Shown: positions 34,393 through 41,382 of the stretch, one piece after another
How the letters are laid out: each line of letters opens with the position of its first letter
Numbering within the stretch: position 1 is the first letter of the stretch
Assembly: GCA_003244205.1 (NCBI GenBank)
Contig: QHBW01000089.1
Location: 49 to 64,048 of the forward strand
Direction of reading: 5' to 3'
Origin: Solirubrobacterales bacterium
GTDB lineage: Bacteria; Actinomycetota; Thermoleophilia; Solirubrobacterales; Solirubrobacteraceae
DNA length: 64,000 nucleotides
Position numbers and translations under genes: made by a program
Notes under the pieces: generated by a model
Databases searched by the model: none
Told to the model about the DNA's origin: nothing
What the model saw: only the letters and a program-made list of their open reading frames with translations

Positions 34393-35568
34393 TCATCTCG
34401 AGGCGTAGGCACGCTTGAGCGCAAGCACCCGGCCGTAGGATGCGACCACGCCGGCGATTGGCACGCGGCCGTCGCGGGCGCCCGCGAGCAGCGCCCTGAA
34501 TGCTGTCGCCCCGCCGGGCTCGCTGCTCGACACGAGCACGATGTCGGCACCGGCAGCCGCCGCGGCCACGACGGCCGGTCCCGTCCGGGTGGTGCCCACC
34601 TCTACGTCGTCGGTGATCACCACGCCGCGGTAGCTGCTGCGACCACGCAGCAGCCCGCTGACGATCGCTCGCGATTGCACGGCCCTGGCCCCGCTGGGGT
34701 CCAGGTTCGGGTAGGCCGCGGTCGAGAGCATGATCAGCGCGAGCTTGGAGGCGATCGCGGCGCGATACGGCAGCAGGTCCTGTGCCGTCACCGGGATCGT
34801 GTCGTGCGTGTAGTCGGTGTTGGCGACGGCGCCGCCCACCCCCGGGTAGTGCTTCGCGGTGGCCGCGACGCCGGCGGCCTGGAGGCCAAGCGCGAATGGC
34901 AGCGCGCTGTCGATCACCGCGGCCGGGCTCATGCCGAACGAGCGCCCCTCGCGCCAGATGAAGGCGGCCGGCGAGTGAGCGACGTCCAGCACCGGCGCGA
35001 GGTCCACGTTGATTCCCACGCTTGCCAGCACCGTTCCGGTCCGCCGACCCTGCTCGCGCGAGACCGCGGCGCCCGCTGCGCTCATCTGCAGCGGGGTGAG
35101 CGCGGGCGGGGCCCAGGGCAGGCGCTTGACCCGGCCACCCTCCTGATCGGTGGCGATCAGCAGCGGCGGGTTGCCGCCCGCACGCGCGGCGGCTTGCAGC
35201 CGGCTGACGACGGCGCGCAGATGCTCGGGGGAGGCGATGTTCTCTCCCGAGAGCGAGACGCCGCCGGCCTGACCGGCGCGGATCCGGCGCAATAGATCGC
35301 TGTCGGGCATCGAGCCCCCCATCGCGACCATCAGCTGCTGGCCCACCATGCGCGGCAGCGGGGCGCTCGGAAGTGGGCTGGCAGAGCCGCTCCGCTTGTT
35401 CGCTGCCCCGCAGCCGACAAGCAGCGGGGCTGCGAGCACGGCGATCAGGAGCGCGCGGACGCCGCTACGCGAAGATCGTCGCCCGTTGCTTGCCGCGCCG
35501 CTGCAAGTCGCGCTCGGTGCGAGCGACGAGGTTGAAGCTGGCGGTGTTCGGGCCGCGGCGCAGTGCAT
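34393..35568 (-). CDS. glycoside hydrolase family 3 (NagZ-like beta-N-acetylhexosaminidase) lipoprotein
   Basis: LLIATDQEGGRVKRL, GINVDLAPVLDV and KHYPGVGG are present, with the lipobox LLVGCG. The start is uncertain: ATG 35568 overlaps the upstream gene by about 100 nt, and the nearest alternative is an internal GTG near 35439. Confidence 0.75.
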   Translation of the reverse strand: MHCAAARTPPASTSSLAPSATCSGAASNGRRSSRSGVRALLIAVLAAPLLVGCGAANKRSGSASPLPSAPLPRMVGQQLMVAMGGSMPDSDLLRRIRAGQAGGVSLSGENIASPEHLRAVVSRLQAAARAGGNPPLLIATDQEGGRVKRLPWAPPALTPLQMSAAGAAVSREQGRRTGTVLASVGINVDLAPVLDVAHSPAAFIWREGRSFGMSPAAVIDSALPFALGLQAAGVAATAKHYPGVGGAVANTDYTHDTIPVTAQDLLPYRAAIASKLALIMLSTAAYPNLDPSGARAVQSRAIVSGLLRGRSSYRGVVITDDVEVGTTRTGPAVVAAAAAGADIVLVSSSEPGGATAFRALLAGARDGRVPIAGVVASYGRVLALKRAYASR

Positions 35569-36244
35569 CGGGCGTGATCCGGCTTGCGCGGCGAAGGCTA
35601 GCCGCAGCGGCCTGGAAGGCGGCCTGCTGGGCAAGCGTGAAGGAGAAGCCGTACAGCTCGCGGACGCGCGCTGGGATCGTACCCAGCAGCAGCAGGTTCG
35701 CCATCTCGCGGGCCGCGAGCAGGTGACGGGGGAGGGGGATCTCAAAGCAGCTCTGGCGCCCTGCCACCCGGGCGGTGGGGGTGAGCGCGAGGTCATCGCT
35801 GGCGAGGCGCTCGGCCCAGTAGGCGCGAAAGTCCATATAGGTAGGGGGTGCGTCGGCGCGAGACAGGCCGAAGAGCTCGCCGAAGAGCAGGTAGTCCTGC
35901 CAGAGCGCCTCGCGCTCGTCCGCGCTGAGCTTGCGCACGAACGTCTGATACATCGCCTGCCCCGAGTCCGCGATGCAGCCGAGCGTCCAGAGCATCAGGT
36001 CCGGGTCCCACGCGGAGTACGGAGTGCCAGCGGCCCAGCGCCCGGCCGCCACAGGGAGCGTGCCGCGCACGCGCTCGTGCAGCGCGTGCACCGCGGCGAG
36101 CGCGCGGTCGGCTTCGGCGCGCGTGCCGAAGAACACGGTCTCGAAGACCTTGGCCGTTCGCGTCAGGCGCTGGAAGGGCGTCTTCGCGCCCTGGGTGCTC
36201 ATCTCAGTCCCCGTGTACGTGAGCGCGTGGGCGGCGCCGATCAA
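35465..36244 (-). CDS. MpaB/DUF2236-family oxygenase-like protein
   Basis: ORF 35465..36244 starts at TTG. The family-like sequence (IVSDGYFPPERSLLRRVHAERAVGLLYGQRALL) continues in frame up to a TAG at about 36346 without a canonical start (see findings). Confidence 0.7.
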   Translation of the reverse strand: MIGAAHALTYTGTEMSTQGAKTPFQRLTRTAKVFETVFFGTRAEADRALAAVHALHERVRGTLPVAAGRWAAGTPYSAWDPDLMLWTLGCIADSGQAMYQTFVRKLSADEREALWQDYLLFGELFGLSRADAPPTYMDFRAYWAERLASDDLALTPTARVAGRQSCFEIPLPRHLLAAREMANLLLLGTIPARVRELYGFSFTLAQQAAFQAAAASLRRASRITPDALRRGPNTASFNLVARTERDLQRRGKQRATIFA

Positions 36245-36403
36245 CAGCGCCCGCTGGCCGTAGAGCAGGCCGACCGCGCGCTCGGCGTGGACGCGGCGCA
36301 GCAGCGAGCGCTCCGGGGGGAAGTAGCCGTCAGAGACGATGAGACAAATTATGACCTAGGTCGCGGAGGTCGAGGGTCAGCGACCTGCTGCTGCGGGGGA
36401 TCG

Positions 36404-36880
36404 CTACTCCCCGCTGATCGGCGCGAGATGGGCGAGCGCGCTGCGCAGCTGGGCGCTCGTCAGCCGCGGCGGCCCGACAGCCCGCGAGCGAAGGAAGTAG
36501 GTGAAGTCACCTCGCCTGATCGAGCACAGATCGACCCCCGGCGCATGCGTGCAGCCCAAACCACGACCACGAGACGGCTCTCGCCCGAAGACGACGACGA
36601 AGCCGGGTCCCGCGAGCGAGACGCGGTAGTAGACGCCGCTGCGGCGCACACTCGCCGCAACCCCGGGACCGATGACCCAGCGTGGAAGCGCGGGCACGAG
36701 TGCGCGTGGCCTCAGAACGCTGGCGAGCTGCCTGACGGCGTTGGCGGCCGTTGGCGTGCTCGCTGGCAGGCGAGTCGTGGCAGGCGGTCGCCGCGGGCGA
36801 CCGGAGCCCGCCAGCAGCAGGATCGCCGCGGCAGCTGCGACACCGACCAGCAGGGCGGCGAGCAGCCGCGTCCGGCGCAC
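36404..36880 (-). CDS. hypothetical signal-anchored protein (158 aa)
   Basis: GTG 36880 (VRRTRLLAALLVGVAAAAAILLLAG...) lies 17 nt after the ADH stop. It has good GC3. Confidence 0.5.
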   Translation of the reverse strand: MRRTRLLAALLVGVAAAAAILLLAGSGRPRRPPATTRLPASTPTAANAVRQLASVLRPRALVPALPRWVIGPGVAASVRRSGVYYRVSLAGPGFVVVFGREPSRGRGLGCTHAPGVDLCSIRRGDFTYFLRSRAVGPPRLTSAQLRSALAHLAPISGE

Positions 36881-36894
36881 AGCGCGAGCGAAGC

Positions 36895-38001
36895 TCAGCC
36901 GAACTCGATCACGCTGCGGATCCCGTCCTGGGCCTCCATCTTCGCGAAGCCGCTGGTGACGTCGTCGAGCGTGATGCGGTGGGAGATGAATGGGTCGACG
37001 TCGATCTCTCCGGCGACGTAGCGGTCGACCAGCTGGGGCACTCCGTCGCGTCCCTTGACGCCGCCGAAGGAGGAGCCGCACACGCGCCGGCCGGTGATCA
37101 GCAAGCGGGGGACGATGTCGAGCGTCTCTCCCTTGCCGGCGACGCCCGCGACGGTGCACAGCCCCCATCCCATTCGCGCCGCCTCGACGGCCTGGCGCAT
37201 CACGTCGACGCGGCCGGTGGCCTCGAAGGTGTAGTCGGCGCCGAAGCCCCCGGTCAGCTCGAGGATGCTCTCAACCGCGTCTGGGCCACCCGCGAGCGTG
37301 TCGCTCGCGCCCTGGCCGCGAGCCAGCTCACGACGCGGCTGCGAGGGATCGATCGCGACGATGCGCTCGGCCCCGGCGAGCCGGCAGCCGGCCACCACGC
37401 CGAGCCCCACCATCCCGGCGCCGAACACCGCGCAGACCGACCCGGGCTCGACCCGCGCGGTGTTGAGCGCTGCGCCCAGCCCCGTGGAGAGCCCGCATGC
37501 GAACAGGCAGGCACGATCGAGCGGCGCCTCGGGGACGATCTTGGCGAGCGCGATCTCGGGCATCACCGTGTACTCGGCGAACGTCGAGGTCCCCATGAAG
37601 TGGCGGATCGGCTCGCCGTTGCGCGACAGCCTGGTCGTGCCGTCGGGGAGATAGCCACGATTCTGCTGCTCGCGGATCGCCAGGCAGAGGTTGGTGCGAG
37701 GGCTGCGGCAGTGCACGCAGTCGCCGCACTGGGGGGAGAACAGCGTGACCACGTGGTCGCCGGGGGCGACGAGCGAGACATCGGGGCCGACCGACTCGAC
37801 GACGCCGGCGCCCTCGTGCCCGAGCACGGTCGGCGCGTAGCCGGAGGGGTCGGCGCCGGATGCGGTGTAGAGATCGGTGTGGCAGACGCCACAGGCGACG
37901 AGCCTGACCAGCGCCTCGCCCGACGCCGGCTCGGCGAGGTCGAGCTCTGCGACCTGCAGCGGTGCTCCGAACTGCTCGAGGACGGCGGCGCGGATCCTCA
38001 T
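36895..38001 (-). CDS. zinc-dependent alcohol dehydrogenase (class III / formaldehyde dehydrogenase-like)
   Basis: ORF 36895..38001. GVCHTD, GHEGAGVV, CGDCVHC (structural Zn) and GAGMVGLG are present. Confidence 0.9.
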   Translation of the reverse strand: MRIRAAVLEQFGAPLQVAELDLAEPASGEALVRLVACGVCHTDLYTASGADPSGYAPTVLGHEGAGVVESVGPDVSLVAPGDHVVTLFSPQCGDCVHCRSPRTNLCLAIREQQNRGYLPDGTTRLSRNGEPIRHFMGTSTFAEYTVMPEIALAKIVPEAPLDRACLFACGLSTGLGAALNTARVEPGSVCAVFGAGMVGLGVVAGCRLAGAERIVAIDPSQPRRELARGQGASDTLAGGPDAVESILELTGGFGADYTFEATGRVDVMRQAVEAARMGWGLCTVAGVAGKGETLDIVPRLLITGRRVCGSSFGGVKGRDGVPQLVDRYVAGEIDVDPFISHRITLDDVTSGFAKMEAQDGIRSVIEFG

Positions 38002-38066
38002 CGTCTGGCCTCATCGTGTCACGTCCGCGCGGCGGGTTGTGGCCCGCGCCGCCCGAGCGACGATTC

Positions 38067-38099
38067 GGTTTACGCGAGCTTCACAAGTTCTTTACACCG
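38067..38099 (+). promoter_or_regulatory. PHO-box-like site: three 11-bp direct repeat units (GGTTTACGCGA GCTTCACAAGT TCTTTACACCG)
   Basis: The TT(T/C)AC cores at 38069, 38080 and 38091 are spaced exactly 11 bp apart, about 70 nt upstream of the DUF47-pit operon. Confidence 0.4.
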
Positions 38100-38164
38100 C
38101 GGCGGTGGGCTTCGAGCAGGCTTGCTCTCCGGATTCCGGATTCGAGAGCTAGCGAGGGGGACCA

Positions 38165-38791
38165 TTGCCCAGTCTTGCCGCGATCCTCGCGCCGAACGAG
38201 CGCGAGTACTTCGACCTGTTCGAGCGAGCCGGCGCGAACCTCGTTCGCGCCGCCGACCTGCTCAACGAAATGCTCGCAGATTTTCCCGAGCGCGGACACC
38301 TCGCCAGGGAGATCCTGCTGTGCGAGCAGGAAGGCGATCAGATCACCCACGATGTGATCAAGCAGCTCAACCACACGTTCGTCACCCCGATCGACCGTGA
38401 GGACATCTATGAACTGGTCTCGGTCCTGGACGACATCGTCGACTTCACCGAGGAGGTCGCCGACTACCTGGGGCTCTACAAGATCGAGGCCCCGATGGAG
38501 CAGGCCCAGCGCCTGGCGGCAGTCCTGGCGCAAGCCGCTCGCCAGGTGGCCGAGGCACTTACCCACATGCGCGGCTTCAAGGACATCAGCAAGTACACGG
38601 TCGAGGCCCACCGGCTGGAGAACGAAGGCGACCGGATCGTTCGCGAAGCAGTGGCTGCACTGTTCGACGGAGGCATCGATCCAATGGTGGTGATCCGCTG
38701 GAAGGACATCTTCGAGCGTCTCGAGAACGCGATCGACTCGACCGAGCGGGCGGCGTACATCATCGAAGGCATCGTCATCAAGAACGCATAG
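38165..38791 (+). CDS. DUF47 / PhoU-like phosphate transport regulator (YkaA type)
   Basis: ORF 38165..38791. FDLFERAGANL, GDQITHDVIKQLNHTFVTPIDREDI and the EGDRI context are present. It sits immediately upstream of pit, which is the classical pairing. Confidence 0.85.
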   Translation: MPSLAAILAPNEREYFDLFERAGANLVRAADLLNEMLADFPERGHLAREILLCEQEGDQITHDVIKQLNHTFVTPIDREDIYELVSVLDDIVDFTEEVADYLGLYKIEAPMEQAQRLAAVLAQAARQVAEALTHMRGFKDISKYTVEAHRLENEGDRIVREAVAALFDGGIDPMVVIRWKDIFERLENAIDSTERAAYIIEGIVIKNA

Positions 38792-39903
38792 TGCACAGCG
38801 ATCTGCTCATCGTCCTCGTCGTGGGCACTTCGCTCGCCTTCGATTTCACCAATGGGTTTCACGACACCGCCAATGTCGTCGCCACCTCGATCTCCACCCG
38901 CGCGCTGTCACCGCGGGTGGCGATCGCGCTAGCGGCCGTGCTGAACTTCGCCGGGGCGTTCATCTCGCTGAAGGTGGCGGCCACGATCGCCAAGGGCATT
39001 GTCGATGCCGGCGCGATCAGCATGATCATCGTCTTCGCTGGGCTGATCGGCGCGATCGTCTGGAATCTCGCAACCTGGTATCTGGGGTTGCCCTCGAGCT
39101 CATCGCACGCACTGATCGGGGGCGTCGTCGGCGCGTCGCTGGCTGCGCACGGGAGCAGTGGGGTGCACTTCGACGGACTGCTGGGGAAGGTCATCGTCCC
39201 CGCCCTGCTCTCGCCGCTGCTCGCCTTCGCGGTCGCGGGGCTCGCCATCCTCTTCACCTATCGGATGGTTGGGCGACTTCGTCCCGGCCCGGCGAAGCGT
39301 GGCTTCCGTCTTGGACAGGTCTTCTCGGGCGGCATGCTCGCGCTCGCGCACGGGACAAACGACGCCCAGAAGACGATGGGCGTCATCACGCTCGCGCTCG
39401 TCGCCCACGGTGACCTGCCGGGCAAGCACTTCGCGGTTCCCGACTGGGTCGTTGTCTCCGCGGCGTCGGCGATCGCGCTAGGCACCTACGCGGGTGGCTG
39501 GCGCATCATCAGGACGATGGGCTCGCGCATCATCAAGATGGACCCCGCTCAAGGCTTCACGGCTCAGACCGCGGGCGCCACCGTCATATTGGCCGCCTCG
39601 CACGTCGGTTTCCCGCTCTCCACGACCCACGTGATGGCGGGTGGGGTAATGGGGGCTGGAGCAGGCAAGCGCGTGTCCGCAGTGCGCTGGGGCGTGGCCA
39701 GCAACATGGCCATCGCCTGGATCCTCACGCTCCCGGCAGCCGCCGCAGCCGGAGCCGTCACCTACGTCGCCAGCCGCGTCTTTGGCAACGGGGCTCTGGG
39801 TCCATCGATTGTCATCGTCGTGGCTGCTTGCCTGCTTTTGGCAGCCGCAGTACGGCGATCGAATCGACTCGCAGCGCTGCGACCCTCGGGCGTGAGCTCA
39901 TGA
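38791..39903 (+). CDS. pit: inorganic phosphate transporter, PiT family
   Basis: ORF 38791..39903. GFHDTANVVATSI, ALAHGTNDAQKTMGVI and STTHVMAGGVMG are present. Confidence 0.9.
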   Translation: MHSDLLIVLVVGTSLAFDFTNGFHDTANVVATSISTRALSPRVAIALAAVLNFAGAFISLKVAATIAKGIVDAGAISMIIVFAGLIGAIVWNLATWYLGLPSSSSHALIGGVVGASLAAHGSSGVHFDGLLGKVIVPALLSPLLAFAVAGLAILFTYRMVGRLRPGPAKRGFRLGQVFSGGMLALAHGTNDAQKTMGVITLALVAHGDLPGKHFAVPDWVVVSAASAIALGTYAGGWRIIRTMGSRIIKMDPAQGFTAQTAGATVILAASHVGFPLSTTHVMAGGVMGAGAGKRVSAVRWGVASNMAIAWILTLPAAAAAGAVTYVASRVFGNGALGPSIVIVVAACLLLAAAVRRSNRLAALRPSGVSS

Positions 39904-40145
39904 CCGTTGGCGCTGCGATCGTGGACACGCACGCCCTGCTGCAAGTGGTCTATGTGTCGCTGCTCTCCGGGGTTGGTCTTTGCGTCGTCTACGCCGTCGC
40001 GGTGATCGGCATCGCCCGCTCAAACGAGCACCGCAAGGCAAAGCGCACGGGCGCCGCCCTGATCCACGGCGCACTCGCGACGATCGCGGTCGCCGCCTGC
40101 GGCTGGGCGATCTTCACTGGGATCGCGATCATGGCGCAGAAGTGA
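39900..40145 (+). CDS. small two-TM membrane protein (81 aa) coupled to pit
   Basis: ATG 39900 overlaps the pit stop (ATGA). The sequence is MTVGAAIVDTHALLQVVYVSLLSGVGLCVVYAVAVIGIA... Confidence 0.5.
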   Translation: MTVGAAIVDTHALLQVVYVSLLSGVGLCVVYAVAVIGIARSNEHRKAKRTGAALIHGALATIAVAACGWAIFTGIAIMAQK

Positions 40146-40307
40146 GGACGGCGGAGCGCCGTTGGTCCCGTTTTTGGGGTGAGTGTGAGCGGTGAGAGCA
40201 CCGGCGCCTCGTAGCCGGCGAAGCTGGAACGGGTGAACGAGTCGGACGCCGGGCGACTGGTCCCTCGGCCGCTGAGGGGAGTGTTTCTCTCGCGAGGTGG
40301 GACGCGA

Positions 40308-40715
40308 TCAGGGCAGGAGCTGGAATGCCTGGGCATGCGCCGGGCGGACCACCGCGAAGTGGCGGTGGTCGAGCGTAGCGACCTGGTCGATGCTGAGGCG
40401 CTCGGCTGCGGAGACGACCGACGCGTCAACCGTCCCGAGCGGCAGGTCGTGATAGCGGGCTACAAGCTCGGCGATCCGCAACAAGTCGCCCGCGTGCACC
40501 GCAGCGATCGAGAGGTTGCCGCTCGCGAGATCACCGAGAAAGCGGACCTCGGCTTGCCAGCCTATGCGCGTGGCGAGCAGATAGCTCACTTCGGTGATCA
40601 CCAGCGCCGGCACGAGCAGCGGTCCAGGATGTGTCTCGAGCAGCTCCAGGCACTCCGCGTGGTGGGCGTCGTCAGCGTCGACGTAGGCGTACAGCGGCCC
40701 GGCGTCGACGATCAG
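40308..40715 (-). CDS. vapC: PIN-domain ribonuclease toxin VapC (135 aa if initiated at CTG 40715)
   Basis: The track ORF starts at GTG 40613. The in-frame upstream sequence (L)IVDAGPLYAYVDADDAHHAECLELLETHPGPLLVPALVITEV is the PIN N-terminus with its first catalytic Asp. There is no ATG, GTG or TTG upstream up to the in-frame stop. Confidence 0.7.
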   Translation of the reverse strand: MIVDAGPLYAYVDADDAHHAECLELLETHPGPLLVPALVITEVSYLLATRIGWQAEVRFLGDLASGNLSIAAVHAGDLLRIAELVARYHDLPLGTVDASVVSAAERLSIDQVATLDHRHFAVVRPAHAQAFQLLP

Positions 40716-40942
40716 CGCGATCGCGGCGTCTCCGCGTTGATGATCTCCTCGACGCGCTCGGAGATGTCCGCTTGGCCGCTCCCCCCGGCAGCGGCTGCGC
40801 CGAGGCGACGACGCTTCCCGGCGCCGAGGTGATGCTCAAGCGCGGCGCGAGTGATCTCTGCGATCGTGGTGCCGCGAAGGTCCGCCTCGTGCCGTAAGCG
40901 AGCGTCGAGGTCGTCCGGAAGCTTGACGCTTGTACGCTTCAT
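40712..40942 (-). CDS. vapB: ribbon-helix-helix (CopG-type) antitoxin VapB
   Basis: Starts at ATG 40942: MKRTSVKLPDDLDARLRHEADLRGTTIAEITRAALEHHL. The upstream part of track ORF 40712..41041 is read-through of the 13-bp repeat. Confidence 0.75.
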   Translation of the reverse strand: MKRTSVKLPDDLDARLRHEADLRGTTIAEITRAALEHHLGAGKRRRLGAAAAGGSGQADISERVEEIINAETPRSR

Positions 40943-40958
40943 GGTATGCCAGCATACC
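40943..40958 (-). promoter_or_regulatory. candidate VapB operator: palindrome GGTATGC-CA-GCATACC abutting the vapB start codon; TATGCT is a -10-like hexamer on the minus strand
   Basis: It is a perfect 7-bp inverted repeat read directly. RHH antitoxins typically autoregulate through such sites. Confidence 0.35.
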
Positions 40959-40967
40959 AGCGCAGGC

Positions 40968-41058
40968 GGGGGACAACAGCGGGGGACAACGGTGGGGGAC
41001 AACGGTGGGGGACAACAGTGGGGGACAACGGTGGGGGACAACGGTGGGGGACAACAGT
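40968..41058. repeat. 13-bp tandem repeat x7 (GGGGGACAAC[A/G]G[C/T]) directly fused to the 3' end of tRNA-Tyr
   Basis: The units start at 40968, 40981, 40994, 41007, 41020, 41033 and 41046. The variable position runs A,G,G,A,G,G,A, giving 39-bp higher-order periodicity. Confidence 0.95.
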
Positions 41059-41139
41059 GGGGGGAGCAGGATTCGAACCTGCGTAGGCAGAGCCAACGGG
41101 TTTACAGCCCGTCTCCTTTAACCACTCGGACATCCCCCC
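41058..41139 (-). tRNA. tRNA-Tyr (anticodon GUA), class II long variable arm
   Basis: The reverse complement is GGGGGGATGTCCGAGTGGTTAAAGGAGACGGGCTGTAAACCCGTTGGCTCTGCCTACGCAGGTTCGAATCCTGCTCCCCCCA. The anticodon arm is ACGGG-CTGTAAA-CCCGT. Confidence 0.9.
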
Positions 41140-41272
41140 GGGTGGCGGCCGATTCTAGAGCCGGCGGCGCGGCTCGGGTGGCCGTGCGGCGGGCCGGCGG
41201 CCTGCCGCGGTCCGGGGCGCCCCGCCGCGGCCCGGTGCCCGACGCGGCAGCCGGGCCAGTGGCCGGTTGTAA

Positions 41273-41283
41273 TGAATAATTCA
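41273..41283 (+). promoter_or_regulatory. Zur/Fur-type box candidate: palindrome TGAAT-A-ATTCA in an AT-rich island upstream of folE2
   Basis: The context is GTAATGAATAATTCAGCA, about 100 nt upstream of ATG 41383. It is the only AT-rich patch in this intergenic region. Confidence 0.3.
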
Positions 41284-41382
41284 GCACAAGTGGGCTACTG
41301 GGCGCCGACCGGCGACCACCGCGGCGGGCGCCCCGCACCGCGCGCGCAGGACCGCAACACCCCTACCCCTACAGTTTTCCCT

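Noticed and set aside
40943-41041. N-terminal extension of VapB (MSPTVVPHCCPPPLSPTVVP...) in track ORF 40712..41041
   Set aside because: It is a translation of the 13-bp repeat array. The RHH fold starts at MKRTSVKLPDD (ATG 40942), and a palindromic operator lies in between.
40968-41058. CRISPR array
   Set aside because: The repeats are 13 bp and directly abutting, with no spacers. There are no cas genes.
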